A DNA stretch of 64,000 nt from Anthoceros angustus (lineage: Eukaryota; Plantae; Anthocerotophyta). Positions 52,540-63,570 of this stretch are shown here, in pieces; positions within the stretch are counted from its first letter, which is position 1, and every line of letters starts with the position of its first letter. The stretch covers positions 2,108,001 through 2,172,000 of the forward strand of contig MU008163.1 in NCBI GenBank assembly GCA_010909165.1, read 5' to 3'. The notes under the pieces are model-generated. The model was not told the DNA's origin. It saw nothing but the letters and a program-made list of their open reading frames with translations, and made no database searches. A program made the position numbers and the translations under genes.

Positions 52540-52995
52540 CGCTCTAATCGGAAGAGAGTGCGAGAAATTTGGGCCACGATTGTCTGATGAACATTAAGAC
52601 ATCCATTAGGCATGAAACCGCGCAAAATGCAGCAAAGTGTCCATGGGTTTCGATATCCCATGATTTGGCTACCGACCTACGGGGACTGCGTCTCTTTTAT
52701 GTGCACGACCAAGCGGTAGCGATCGCTCACATGGCACCTAGTGGCCATGGCTGCCTTCTTCGCTCTAATCGGAAGAGCGCGAAATTTGGGCCTGATTGTC
52801 GATGAACATTAAGACATCCATTAGGCATGAAACCGCGCAAAATGCAGCAAAGTGTCCATGGGTTTCGATATCCCATGATTTGGCTACCGACCTACGGGGA
52901 CTGCGTCTCTTTTATGTGCACGACCAAACAGGCGCGATCTGCCGGCCCTCCACATGGCACAACCCTAGTGGCCATGGCTGCCTTCTTGCGCTCTA
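52540..52995. repeat. Near-identical ~225-bp tandem duplication (52540-52760, 52761-52988)
   Basis: Both units start CGCTCTAATCGGAAGAG and end CTAGTGGCCATGGCTGCCTTCTT; the internal ~125 bp are identical. Confidence 0.9.
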
Positions 52996-52999
52996 CAAT

Positions 53000-53264
53000 A
53001 ATCCCCAGCTCATGTCCAAACGGCTTAGGCGAAATGGATACAAAAATCCCCAGCTCATGTCCAAATGGCTTAGGCGAAATGGACACATATTTATAAGAAC
53101 GTTATTATTAAACATCTTGCGCTTAGATTGATACTTAGATGGGGTGCCTAAAGGAAGTGGATGCCCTTGGTGTAAGTAGCTTGGGCACACCATGGAACAA
53201 ATTTTTAAATACCATGATAGAAAATTCTGTCCAAGTGGACTAAAATATATTCTTCTTCTTCTTC
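53000..53264 (+). mobile_element. Copy of the (TTC)n-tailed interspersed repeat, with the 45-bp head duplicated
   Basis: TGTCCAAATGGCTTAGGCGAAATGGACAC..TACTTAGATGGGGTGCCTAAAGGAAGTGGATGCCCTTGGTG.AAGTAGCTT..AGTGGACT..ATT(CTT)n. Confidence 0.85.
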
Positions 53265-55197
53265 TGGATACCACCTACTGCGTGCTGCGTCACCAACGGG
53301 CACCCCTTCCTCGGTCACCTGCAACCTGCACGGAAGAGGTCACCAAAAGAAGCCGTTCTCGTCTTGGTAGAGAGATGAAAAAACACCGGCAAGTGACTGT
53401 CAACGGCAAGTTAGAGGGAGGGGAAACGAATGTGCGCACCGGGGGGCCGCTCTAGATACCGTGGCAAGACCGCATCCAGGGCACGACAGCCTGCGCGGTA
53501 CAAGCGGGGCCTCGAAAGGAATGCGGCTTACCAGCCCGGCCATGGAGCTAGACCATGGAGCCCGAACTTCTTTCAGCATTGTGATTCTTTGTAGCAATTG
53601 CTGGCCAAATTTTTAGACAAGTGGGTGGACAGATACAGAATGAAGATACAGAATGACAGATACACAACACTGCACACTAACATAGGAGATAGGTCTCCTG
53701 TCGTCAAATTTGCTAAATCCCTTAAAGTAGCCCAGAAACGCTCAATTTGAACTCCCCAGTGCTTGTGGTAACAAATGTTGAGGGCTATAGAGGAATTGAA
53801 TCCGCTCAGCTTTAGCGAACTGCATACTATCAGCCACGACAGAAATCCGATTTAAATTTGGATTGTGGAGCCCCGAAGAGCTCAGCCCAAAAAGTAGACT
53901 AAGCCGCTTTTGTGTCCCGCGCACGGTATTCTTTAGTAAAAGGCGAAAGAATAGTTCGCTTTGCGCTGAACACGCGGCACATGATTTTTAAGGCTGGGGA
54001 TGCTAGTTCAAGTAGGGTAAAAAGAGCTACGCAGGTCTTCTGAATGATATGGGGTATACCTGACAAGCCAATCAGGACTTCGTTGTTGTTCTCCCTTTTA
54101 TCGTGAGATTCCTGTGGAGGCAGATAAGGAGATGCGCTCGCTCAAGAGCCGACTCTTCACGTTTCGGTCACAAATAGCACCGAGCTTGCCAATACTTTCT
54201 CTGTCCATTCTTCTCTTTACAAGAGATAGCGGGCCGTACCACAATAGAGAAGAGGCGAGCAATACGACCAGATGATGCTAGAAATGGGAACATGCGTTCT
54301 TGTTCTACTATAGCACATGGGGGGTTTAGAGCGGTCTCATCTCCTCCAGCTGCGATCCTAAACTCTCCAGCAAGTCAATGAGTTGCCTATGCCGTGGACT
54401 CTGGCAGACTCCGACCACGAAAATGTGTATTTGGTGGTCATGCTCGATCCGACTCAGCCCTCAGCCCGGGCTTCTTCCATGCGCCTTGTTTTCGTCTCAG
54501 GCTGTGCTCCTCCCATGCATGATCCAGCAAACCAGCACCAGCTTAAATGTGAACACAATCTACAGCAGAAAGTTTCGGCTGAAGATGCACCGCATGAGTG
54601 AAGGCATGTGGCAGTCCATCCCAGTCAGCGGAATTGGAGCACGCTGAGTGATGAAAGCGTGCTGAGAACCGTCGATCGAGCTGCATGCAGAAGGAGCTCC
54701 CTTGCAGGCATCCTCGCAAAGAATCAGCTGTCCTGGAAGACAAACTGGCAGAGACAGAATTGGTGGAATACGCAGGCGGGCAGTTGCTTCTGGACGGGGC
54801 AAGGGCAACCTGAATTCCAGCTTCAAGCGCGATCGGTAAAGATGACACAGCACACAAATGCGACTGGTACAATTGACCTACAGGAGGAAGAAGGCGCGAG
54901 ATGTGTCCAACACCTCCTGCCATTGTGGGCAAATGAACCACAGGATTCACCAGGGATTCTACCGAAGCGGGCGCTTCACAAACCCAACACAGGCTCGCCT
55001 TGTCTCCACTCAATTGAGCGACGGGGAAAGGACTGTACAGCAGAAGAGAGCACAAAATGTCCGTGCAACCAATATCATCGTTAGACACTTGAGGAATCCG
55101 CAGCCAGTTTACCTGGCATCAAAGAATTATTTGTACAACTCAGTTCAGCCAATGTCTCTCATGTAAAGTAGGAAACAGCTCCGAGGCCGGGTTGCAA

Positions 55198-56387
55198 CTA
55201 CTTCAAATAAGTAGAGCCGCAAAACAGAAACACATAGGAAATAAGAGAGCTGACGAGTTCAATTCCCCATGACCCAGGGAGAACTTGCGCTGGTAGGATG
55301 GGCCATACGAGCGTGCTTATGAGCCAGCTTCCGATAAGAACAACAAATCTGCATAAACCCACTCCAGAGGTGTTAATAAGGACGTATGCAAGTAAGGAAC
55401 GAGAAAGACGTACGTAGGGTAAGATCGGTTCCACACACCCCAGCACACCAGCTTTCCACGGCTTCTTTAGCCGTTCGTTTAAGAAGTAAAGTGACGACAA
55501 AAAGGACAGGAGAACCTGCAGCCATGAAGCCAACGGGAAGCAAACATAAGCCCAGAGCACTGATAAAGCCAAGGAGCAGGTAAGCCGAAGCTGAAATGAG
55601 TGACACACCTGGAAAGCTGGACCCTTGGGCGTTTTGTCAAAACCAGTCCAAATGGCCAACATTGCAAAACATGCCGCACGCGTCAGAATTCTTTTCTGCG
55701 AAGGCACCTCGATCCTGTTGGAAAGGAACTGCATCCACTTGGGTGGTTGCACGAGCTTCTTGACTTGGCCCGGTTTCGCCCTTTTCCGTTGCTTCAAACT
55801 GTCCATGAAGATTCTGTCATACGCTGATTCAATGGCATTCTTACTCTCCGGATGCTCTCCATAGAGAGAAATCAGATAGCTACGTGCGTCTTGAACCTCC
55901 TCCAACGAGGCCTCCTTGCTGACACCCAGCCTCTTGTGTGGATCACGCACGTTGATCCTCGGAAACACCGGATAACCTGGCCAAGCCGGTACAACCACTT
56001 CACCTCAACAACCCTTGCCTGCCTCGCTTCAAATGGAAAGCAAACCACACCATCACGCCACCACTCACCACCGTATCCCAATCCAGAAGCCCCCTCTGCG
56101 CGCACGACCCCGTGTCCCCTCCTCTGATCGCTCCAATCCAAGACCCTGGTCGAGGCACATTCTTGATGCAACCACCTGGCGCAGACATCCGCACCTCAGC
56201 GGAGAAAGCGAAGCGCACACACAATGCTGCAAAGCGCACGGAATTTCATTTCTCACCTGCCTGGTTGGAATCGCAGACTCACCGCCGACTGTCTACCACG
56301 CCCCAGATCTGGCTTCCATCTCGACTGCTGCTGCCAATCTCCCAACCCGGACCAGCTGCAGGCGGGAGCTGAAGCCGTACACATCAT
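55198..56387 (-). CDS. CPP1: Chaperone-like protein of POR1 (CPP1/DUF3353, J-like domain + TM), multi-exon
   Basis: YPVFPRINVRDPHKRLGVSKEASLEEVQDARSYLISLYGEHPESKNAIESAYDRIFM..GPAFQ..LYFLNERLK..LFCGSTYLK*. Two upstream transit-peptide exons splice in frame; the start is approximate. Confidence 0.88.
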
Positions 56388-56737
56388 CCTAAAACCCCTC
56401 AAAAACCACGTACAAAAATTCCACCCTACAGCGCAGCTCCCACGCCCATCTGCGCAAACCCCAGTGCATCGATTGCGCCGGCAGCCACAAGTGCATCAAA
56501 CTACGCTCCAATTCGCCATCTCCGCTGCATCTGATCCTCGCCAAACAATCCTTCCGGTTCGTCTCCGTCGCAAGTTTCGCGCACGAACCCTAAACTGTGC
56601 ACCTCTCTTTTTTTCGATAAAATAATTTATACTGGTTCTTTCGTCACGGCTTACGCTGAGACCGTCAGTCTTCATCGACAAAACGACTACCAATTCTGAC
56701 TCTTTCACGCGTTAAGATTGGAGAAGGCATGTACAGT

Positions 56738-56955
56738 GAAGAAGAAGAAGAATTTTATTGAAGTCCACTCATGACGGATTTCCATAACGGGACTTGGTAC
56801 TTAACAACTTGTACCATGGTGTGTCTAAGCTACTTGCACCAAGGGCATCCACTTCCTTTAGGCACCCCATTTAAGTACGATCTGAGCTCAGCATGCTTAA
56901 TCACGGGGTTCTTATAAATGTGTGTCCATTTGGCTTAAGCCATTTGGACACACAT
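56738..56955 (-). mobile_element. Full-length-looking copy of the (TTC)n-tailed interspersed repeat
   Basis: Colinear with 29303-29530: palindromic head, body, 3' hairpin AAGTCC..GGACTT, AATAAAA(TTC)5 on the minus strand. Confidence 0.88.
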
Positions 56956-56957
56956 TT

Positions 56958-57023
56958 TGGCAGTGAGCGTGGATCGAATACGCGACCTTCAGATCTTCTG
57001 TCTGACGCTCTCCTAACTTAGTT
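56958..57023 (-). pseudogene. tRNA-Phe(GAA) remnant
   Basis: AACTAAGTTAGGAGAGCGTCAGACAGAAGATCTGAAGGTCGCGTATTCGATCCACGCTCACTGCCA resembles plant cytosolic tRNA-Phe (..AGCTCAGTTGGGAGAGCGTCAGACTGAAGATCTGAAGGTCGCGTGTTCGATCCACGCTCACCGCA). The 5' acceptor strand is lost, and U33 and the A/B boxes are mutated. Confidence 0.85.
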
Positions 57024-57087
57024 CGGTGAGCAGTGGGGAGGATTAAAAAGTTTTACATCTTGTGGCAATGATAGAGGATACTTAGTA

Positions 57088-57235
57088 AGAAGAAGTATTT
57101 CAAAGTCCACTAAGGATGAAATTTCCTTCATGGGATTGATATGACAAAAATACATAAAAGCAGAATAAGTATATTGAAGTCCACTAAGGATGGAATTTTC
57201 TTTATGAGATTGATATGATAAAAATATAAAAGCAT
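57088..57235 (-). repeat. Two tandem degenerate 3'-end fragments of the same repeat family
   Basis: AAGTCCACTAAGGATG.AATTT.CTT.ATG.GATTGATATGA twice, each preceded by a GAA-rich remnant. Confidence 0.7.
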
Positions 57236-57919
57236 TGAAGTTTAACCACTATTCTACACTTGATTTAAATACTAGTAGTGTGAAGTATATCAAATAACCA
57301 GCAGGTTGAAAAGTTGGATACACTCTGTTCCAAAAGTCCACATTTGTTTCAAGCAAACACTTGTAAGAATAGGGTCACCTATAAAAAGAGAAGAAACTTC
57401 GGAGCAAAGTTTGAGCTATTATGAATAAGTTGGCAAATCATTCCTGATATTTTCGTGGGCAGAAGAAAAGAAAGTGTTCCTCATTCTAAACTTCCCTATA
57501 GCATAACCTGCATATTATGGTCTCCTTAGGTGGCCTTGGGTGTAGCCATCTATCAGTCTCAATTATGAGACGGAGAGACCCCACACGAAAATGACCTATA
57601 ATCATCCTAAGGTTGAAGGACATATGGTCGCAAAGATAGAGTGGAAGCAAGCATCTTCCAGACTTGGAGAGGACACGAAAAAGTTGTTTGTAAGTCTAGA
57701 GAGTTTTGCAGGATGACCCGTCTTTGAAGGAAAGACAGTATGAGCTGAAGGAAAGACCTGTCTTTGAAGGAAAGACAGTATGAGCTGAAGGTAAAGGCAT
57801 TGACTTGTTGGCAAAAGCGAGACAAGAGGAATAGCAGCTAAGGACCTTTTTCACCCCCTTCCCTGCCTCCACTTATCTCATCATCAAACTCAACATCAAG
57901 GTGCATACCTGGATGCGGA

Positions 57920-58050
57920 TCATTATGTAGATATGTGTGCAAATATGTAGTTTGTTAGGGAGAGGGCATTATGTAGATATGTGTGCAAATATGTAGTTTG
58001 TTAGGGAGAGGGCATTATGTAGATATGTGTGCAAATAGTTTGTTAGAGGA
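57920..58050. repeat. 46-bp tandem repeat x~3 (CATTATGTAGATATGTGTGCAAATATGTAGTTTGTTAGGGAGAGGG); a 40-bp x2 repeat lies nearby at ~57720-57791
   Basis: Read directly. Confidence 0.85.
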
Positions 58051-58115
58051 CGTACTTGATAGACTATGGAATATAACAGTGAGTGGAGTAGGTGTAATGC
58101 CTTCAATGACTGCAA

Positions 58116-58674
58116 GAGGGTATGCAGATTTTGAAGACTTTCAAACAATGGAAATCCGTCATGATCCTATTGTGGAAGAAATATGGGGAGATCACTAATC
58201 CAGTGTTGGTCGTATGTAAAGAACCAATGGTGGAAGTGGATGATTTGGTGAACCTAGAAGCGCCTCAAGAGAAGATAAAGTTTAAGACTGTTATGCATGG
58301 TTTGGGGAGTATTTTACAGTCGCTACATGACCGGCCACATGATGCCACATAGAACATCCTTTCCTCAAATTCATGGAGAAAAGAAGAAGAAGAATTTTAT
58401 TTAAGTCCATGAGGGTATGCAGATTTTGAAGACTTTCAAACAATGGAAAGAGGTTATGATCCTGTTGTGGAAGAAATATGGGAGATCACTAATCCGATAT
58501 TGATTACACGTAAAGAACAAGGGTGAAAGTGGATGATTTGGTGAACCTAGAAGCGCCTTAAGAGAAGATAAAGTTTAAGGTGGTTATGCATGGTTTTGGG
58601 AGTATTTTACAATCGCTATGAGAGGCCACATGATGCCACAGATACCATCCTTTCCCTCAAGGCCATGGAGAGAA
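58116..58674. repeat. ~265-bp imperfect direct repeats (58116-58380, 58411-58674) flanking a 30-bp repeat-family tail
   Basis: Both begin GAGGGTATGCAGATTTTGAAGACTTTCAAACAATGGAAA and end CCTCAA..CATGGAGA. The spacer is AAGAAGAAGAAGAATTTTATTTAAGTCCAT. Confidence 0.9.
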
Positions 58675-59401
58675 AGGAGTGGCAAAGCACCAGCTAGAGT
58701 CAGGCAATCAATCACAAATTACTTCATGCTTTACTAGATATAATGGTCATTGATCAAATTAATTAATATTATTATCTTTGCGATATTATATTCTATATTT
58801 ACGAATTGATTTTCTATTTTTAATTAAAATTGTTAATTAAAAATATGATTATATGGATACATATTATAACTGGTACGTCGGTATCTACTACTCCATTAGT
58901 GTGCAAGGTACATCCAACATCATCCTTGCGTCTACGACATACATATGTAGCGGATGTTCCGGTCTGTAGGGCCGGCGGCTGGTGTCCGAGGTCCCATAGG
59001 CGTGATGTGATGGAGTTTTACTTAAACCAGTGCTTGGCTGTGTCTGCCACAAGTTCCATGGCTCGCGTCTCTCCTCGTGGCTGTTTGGCATCCGAGTTTC
59101 ACGACCCGTTTCAGCTCTTCAGCTGAATGCTGGTTGAGGCGAGTGATTCCTTCTCGTCTCTTGCTTGCATCGGGTCTGTGCCGGTCTGCTCGAATCGCAG
59201 TTCCTCTGAAGCCCATGAGCAGCTTGGGCCTGGAGCAATGCGGCGCTGTGGCCCCGGAGATCCATGGCTCTGTATGTGAGTCCGGATGACGGAAACGAGG
59301 AGGGTCGCCTGTGAAGGAGGGCAGATGCACCGGCAATCTGCGCTAGAGGATAGCGAGGCAGGAAGAAGCAGCAGGATCGGGTCGTTTTGCTGAGCGTCTG
59401 A

Positions 59402-61223
59402 ATGCGGGGGCCTGCCATGGCGGCGGGCATTGCAGGGAAGGGGAATCCATTGGAGGCAGCCGTGCGTGGTGTGGTGCAGAAGGGGCTGCTGCTTGGGAGC
59501 AGCGTTGGGAGACGGTGCGAGGTGAGGGTCGTTCAAGGCAGGAATGCGGTGTCCGGGAGGTTGAGCAGCCGGGGGGTTGTGGGTTTTGCTTTCGCGGGGC
59601 GCTGTGGTAGGTCGAAGGGGGTGGCGTGCTACTCCAGTGATGCTTGTGAGACGAGCTCGACGGTGGAGCAGCAGAAGGCTGATCAGCCGTACGGTCTGCC
59701 TGAGAAGAAGCTGCCTGGATGCTGGGATGTGGTGGGGTTGGGGCAGGCCATGGTGAGTGGGGGTTCTGTTTGTGTTGGTGCTTCAGAGGGATGGGATGGG
59801 ATGGAATGGGGACTGTAGGGCTGATTGTAGCTCGGTTGGCTGCAGGTAGACTTTTCTGGTGTGGTGGACGATTCGTTTTTGGAGCAGTTGGGGTTGATTA
59901 AGGGTCGGAGGAAGGTCGTGAATCACGAGGAAAGGGGGAAGGTCCTACGTGCACTGGATGGCTGCAGTTACAAGTTGTCTGCTGGCGGGTCCTTGTCCAA
60001 CACGCTGGTGGCCCTTGCGAGATTGGGTAGCTTTTCTGATGGGCAGTCGGTTCTCAATGTCGCCATGACAGGAAGTGTGGGGAGTGATGCGTTGGGAGAT
60101 TTTTACAGGTAGGATTGACTACTGTGCTCTCAGAGTCTGGAAGTCTTGGCTTGGTGAGGTGGAAGATGAGCAAGTAGTGGAGATGTTTCGCAGGACCAAA
60201 CTCTTACGGGCCAACGTTCACTTCTTGTCCAAGCCCGTGGTGGATGGGACCACTGGTACAGTCATCGTTCTCACAACACCCGACGCTCAGCGGACCATGC
60301 TGTCTTACCAGGTGACGATGTACTCCATACAGCATGGCATCGAGACACTGCAACGTTTTGATCTTTGCTGGGGCTGAATGGGGTGCGCATGGTCTTTACT
60401 GCGCCATGTTTCAGGGGATGTCTTCACTTGTGGATTTTGATTCGATCCTGGCTGGAGCTATCGGCATGTCCCGGGTGCTGGTGGTCGAAGGCTATTTGTG
60501 GGAGATTCCTCAAACCATTGAGGCCATTGCCCGGGCCTGTGAAGCAGCTCGCGAAAAGGGAGTTCTTGTAGCACTCACTGCCAGTGATGTGACTTGCATC
60601 AAACAAAATCGTCAGCAGTTCTGGTGAGCCGATAGCTCACCAGGATTGGTGGGCCTCTTTGTGGATGCCTCTTTGCAGACACAGTTGCTTTTCGTTTGAA
60701 GGTTAGAAAGGGACTTTTTCACTGACTGTTTACTCTTCCCTGACGATGTGCCATCAGGGACGTCATGGCTAGTTCTGCCGACATCCTTTTTGCCAACAGT
60801 GATGAGGCTCGAGCACTTGCAGGATTTCACTCGTCGACTAGTCCTGCGCTTGCAGCCAAGCAGCTGAGCATGTTTTGTCCCCTTGTATCGGTTACAGATG
60901 GGGCAGAGGGCTCGTACATCAGCATGAAGGGAGAAGTAGTCTACATTCCACCATTGCCTTGTGTCCCAGTAGATACATGTGGGGCTGGTGATGCATATGC
61001 TGCAGGGGTATTATATGGCTTGCTACGAGGAGTGTCGGACCTCAAGGCCATAGGGAATTTCGCAGCCATGGTGGCATCCGTGGTTGTCTGTCAGCAGGGG
61101 ACAAGGCTGGCGGAGGAGGATGCGGAGGAGCTTGCGAAGGGAGTGACATGCTTGGCTCCCGGGCGTGCCTCGTCTCTGTTAGGGGTCATCGACGTTCAGA
61201 AGGAAGCGCAGCTACTAGACTGA
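59402..61223 (+). CDS. Plastid pfkB-family carbohydrate kinase (NARA5-like), 5 exons
   Basis: WDVVGLGQAM|VDFSGVVDD..VNHEERGKVLRALDGCSYKLSAGGSLSNTLVALARLG..GTTGTVIVLTTPDAQRTMLSYQ..VVEGYLWE..LFANSDEA..VTDGAEGS..DTCGAGDAYAAG (pfkB signature 2). Confidence 0.92.
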
Positions 61224-61434
61224 TGAGCTCGGCAGTCTGAAGCTGCATTGTGTTCCTTGTACATAAGCCAGTAGGACCGTCATCGATACCCAATGTCTGG
61301 AGGAGGTCGTCGCTAACAAAGGGATGCAGCACTGTCTCCATGGTCGTCATGACTTCACCAACCCTTTGGGCACACTCTCATTGGCTCTCTTTTGTACAAC
61401 AAATCAGGAATAGAGAAACAGGAAGGCATAGGTA

Positions 61435-63570
61435 CTAAATCTTTCCAAGCCTTTGTATTGTTCCAAACAGGGACTGGCTCAAGTCTTTCACTGTAGGAGG
61501 CACACCTTCGGTACCAGTGATTTTCTCGAGCAGGTCGCTAATTTCGCGTAACAGTCCACGATAGTCTAGCGGCTGTGGCTGATCCGCCTTTTGGAAACTT
61601 TCCTCGACGGATTTCAATGAGGTGCCTAACATCTGCAGCACTAGCTTCACCACGTCCTCATCTTTCCAGAACTCATCGTCGTCAAGCAGATTCCTGACGA
61701 CAGAAAGTGTATCTACGATACTCTCCTCCATAGCCTTTGTCCCAATCTCACTCACAACTACCTCAAATGCGTGCTCAACTCTATCCACCTCCAACTCTGA
61801 GACGGCTTTCCTGCGGAACTGCAAGACCTTGACCAGAAGATGTTCCAGCAACGCGACGGTTAGCTTCCAATTTCTGCTAACCTCCAGCAATTTAACCAGA
61901 TGTGATGCTGCATCCTGAGATTTGGTCCGCGCGAGCTCCAGCCTGTCTGCAGTTTCTGTGTCCGAGAAAGTCCAGGTGACGTCATTGTAGCTAGGATTCA
62001 GCAAATACTCGCTCACCACACGCAAAGTGGGTCTTAGAGGTTGTGCCAACAATGCGAGCACCATGTCATCCAACACCCTCCAGAGTCTATCAACTTGGTT
62101 CTGATGTTCGTGAAGGGACAGACTGTCCTGAACCTTCTTCGGGTCCAAAAAACCCTTCGCAAATGCTGGCTTGCCTGTACCTTCCGCACCCGGGGCTCGC
62201 TTCAGCATGCGGTGCAGAGAAAGCAGCATAGGAGACACTGGTTTGAGTAGCCTGAACAGACTTAGTTTCAGCACCTTTGATCCTTCATGCCCGGCCATAA
62301 TTAACTGGTGCATTTGCCACAAGCTGTTGAGCAAGGTTTGCTCCGAGACAGGCATCCCATCCCGTGCGGCGAACGTGAGCAAGGTCTGCGCAAGAGGCAG
62401 CAGCAAGTGTTCCTCACCAAGTTGGGGATCCTGATTGTACATGATGCAGGCCAGAAGCACAGATGTCTGCTGCATGTTGGTCACGGTCCTCACTGCAGTC
62501 TCGCTTTTGGTGGGAGAAGGTGGTGGGAACAGCAGGAAGAGGCGATGCAGCTGAGAGCAGACGCTCGTGTAGTACTCCTGCCTGGTGGTGACTGATTCAG
62601 GGCACCGGGCAAGGTGCGTGGCAGCTCTCTTGAACACCGCGATGTTTCCTGGCTCAGCCTCGCCGACCAGCCGCTCAAGAACGGCGGCAACTCCACCCTC
62701 CCGCAACACAAGCCTGGAGAGGAGGCGCCCAGCTTGCAGATTGAGCCATCCCGGAGGCCTAGGTTCCCTTTGAGCGAGCAGGATCAGCAACGACTCCACG
62801 GCGTGGGCCACTGGCAGCATGTTCACCATCTGGTCCAACCTAGCAGTGCAATCTCTGTCGGGTTGCTCTTCCGGATTCCCCCCATACGCCAATTGCAGAT
62901 AACCTGCAAACAGGTCCACGAGGTGATGGGAAACCACAATCTGGCCCACTGCGCTTCCAGATTCGGCAAGAAGAAACAGATCGTCAGCGGACTTGAGCAG
63001 AAGGTCCCTGTTGCCCGCCAGCCCCTGCAAAAAAGCCTCCGAGAAGAATTCCTCCACTCCACTGAGCTCGCCCCCGACCTCTAAGTGCTTCATCACCGCA
63101 GCCGCCAGGCTGGCGGCAGCCTTGGCCAGGCTCCGCTTCCGGAGCGGAATTCCCACTCCTGGGCCCAGGTTGGGGGTAATCCCCCATCGCACCACCAGCT
63201 CCAATCCGGCCTTCACCACCAGCAAGCTGTGGGAGGCGGGGCCGGCATCCTCACCCTCCAGAGCCCCAGCCCCCTCGAAGCTCTTCACCAGCTGAATACA
63301 GGCCTGCAGCACTTGCACCCTGCAGTCTCCAGAAGCTTCAGGCTGCCTGATAGACTGCAGCAAGCTGTGGGTCTTCTCCTCCACTATCCTCTGCATCTTC
63401 GCCAAATGACCAGACCCAGAATCTTCAAATGCTGGACACAATCTCTCTTTATGTGGATTGCCCTCAAGAGTCCTCGTGGACGGAATTTTTTCAGTCATGC
63501 GACATGGTACTTCACAACTTGTGCCTAAGCTACTTGCACCAAGGGCATCCACTCCCTCTAGGCACCCCAT
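61435..63570 (-). CDS. TANGO6/RTP1-like HEAT-repeat protein, intronless, apparently lacking the conserved C-terminal region
   Basis: LELVVRWGITPNLGPGVGIPLRKR, HHLVDLFAGYLQL, PPGWLNLQAGRLLSRLVLREGGVAAVL and YYTSVCSQL match recalled TANGO6/Rtp1 N-half motifs. The first ~34 codons lie in a repeat; the native start may be the ATG at 63396. Confidence 0.75.
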   Translation of the reverse strand: MGCLEGVDALGASSLGTSCEVPCRMTEKIPSTRTLEGNPHKERLCPAFEDSGSGHLAKMQRIVEEKTHSLLQSIRQPEASGDCRVQVLQACIQLVKSFEGAGALEGEDAGPASHSLLVVKAGLELVVRWGITPNLGPGVGIPLRKRSLAKAAASLAAAVMKHLEVGGELSGVEEFFSEAFLQGLAGNRDLLLKSADDLFLLAESGSAVGQIVVSHHLVDLFAGYLQLAYGGNPEEQPDRDCTARLDQMVNMLPVAHAVESLLILLAQREPRPPGWLNLQAGRLLSRLVLREGGVAAVLERLVGEAEPGNIAVFKRAATHLARCPESVTTRQEYYTSVCSQLHRLFLLFPPPSPTKSETAVRTVTNMQQTSVLLACIMYNQDPQLGEEHLLLPLAQTLLTFAARDGMPVSEQTLLNSLWQMHQLIMAGHEGSKVLKLSLFRLLKPVSPMLLSLHRMLKRAPGAEGTGKPAFAKGFLDPKKVQDSLSLHEHQNQVDRLWRVLDDMVLALLAQPLRPTLRVVSEYLLNPSYNDVTWTFSDTETADRLELARTKSQDAASHLVKLLEVSRNWKLTVALLEHLLVKVLQFRRKAVSELEVDRVEHAFEVVVSEIGTKAMEESIVDTLSVVRNLLDDDEFWKDEDVVKLVLQMLGTSLKSVEESFQKADQPQPLDYRGLLREISDLLEKITGTEGVPPTVKDLSQSLFGTIQRLGKI

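Noticed and set aside
52585-52620. CTGATGA...GAAAC as a hammerhead core
   Set aside because: The intervening sequence cannot form stem II, and the duplicate copy lacks the intact CTGATGA.
54378-55166. Overlapping 100-180 aa ORFs on both strands downstream of CPP1
   Set aside because: No recognisable family or consistent splice model; could be UTR.
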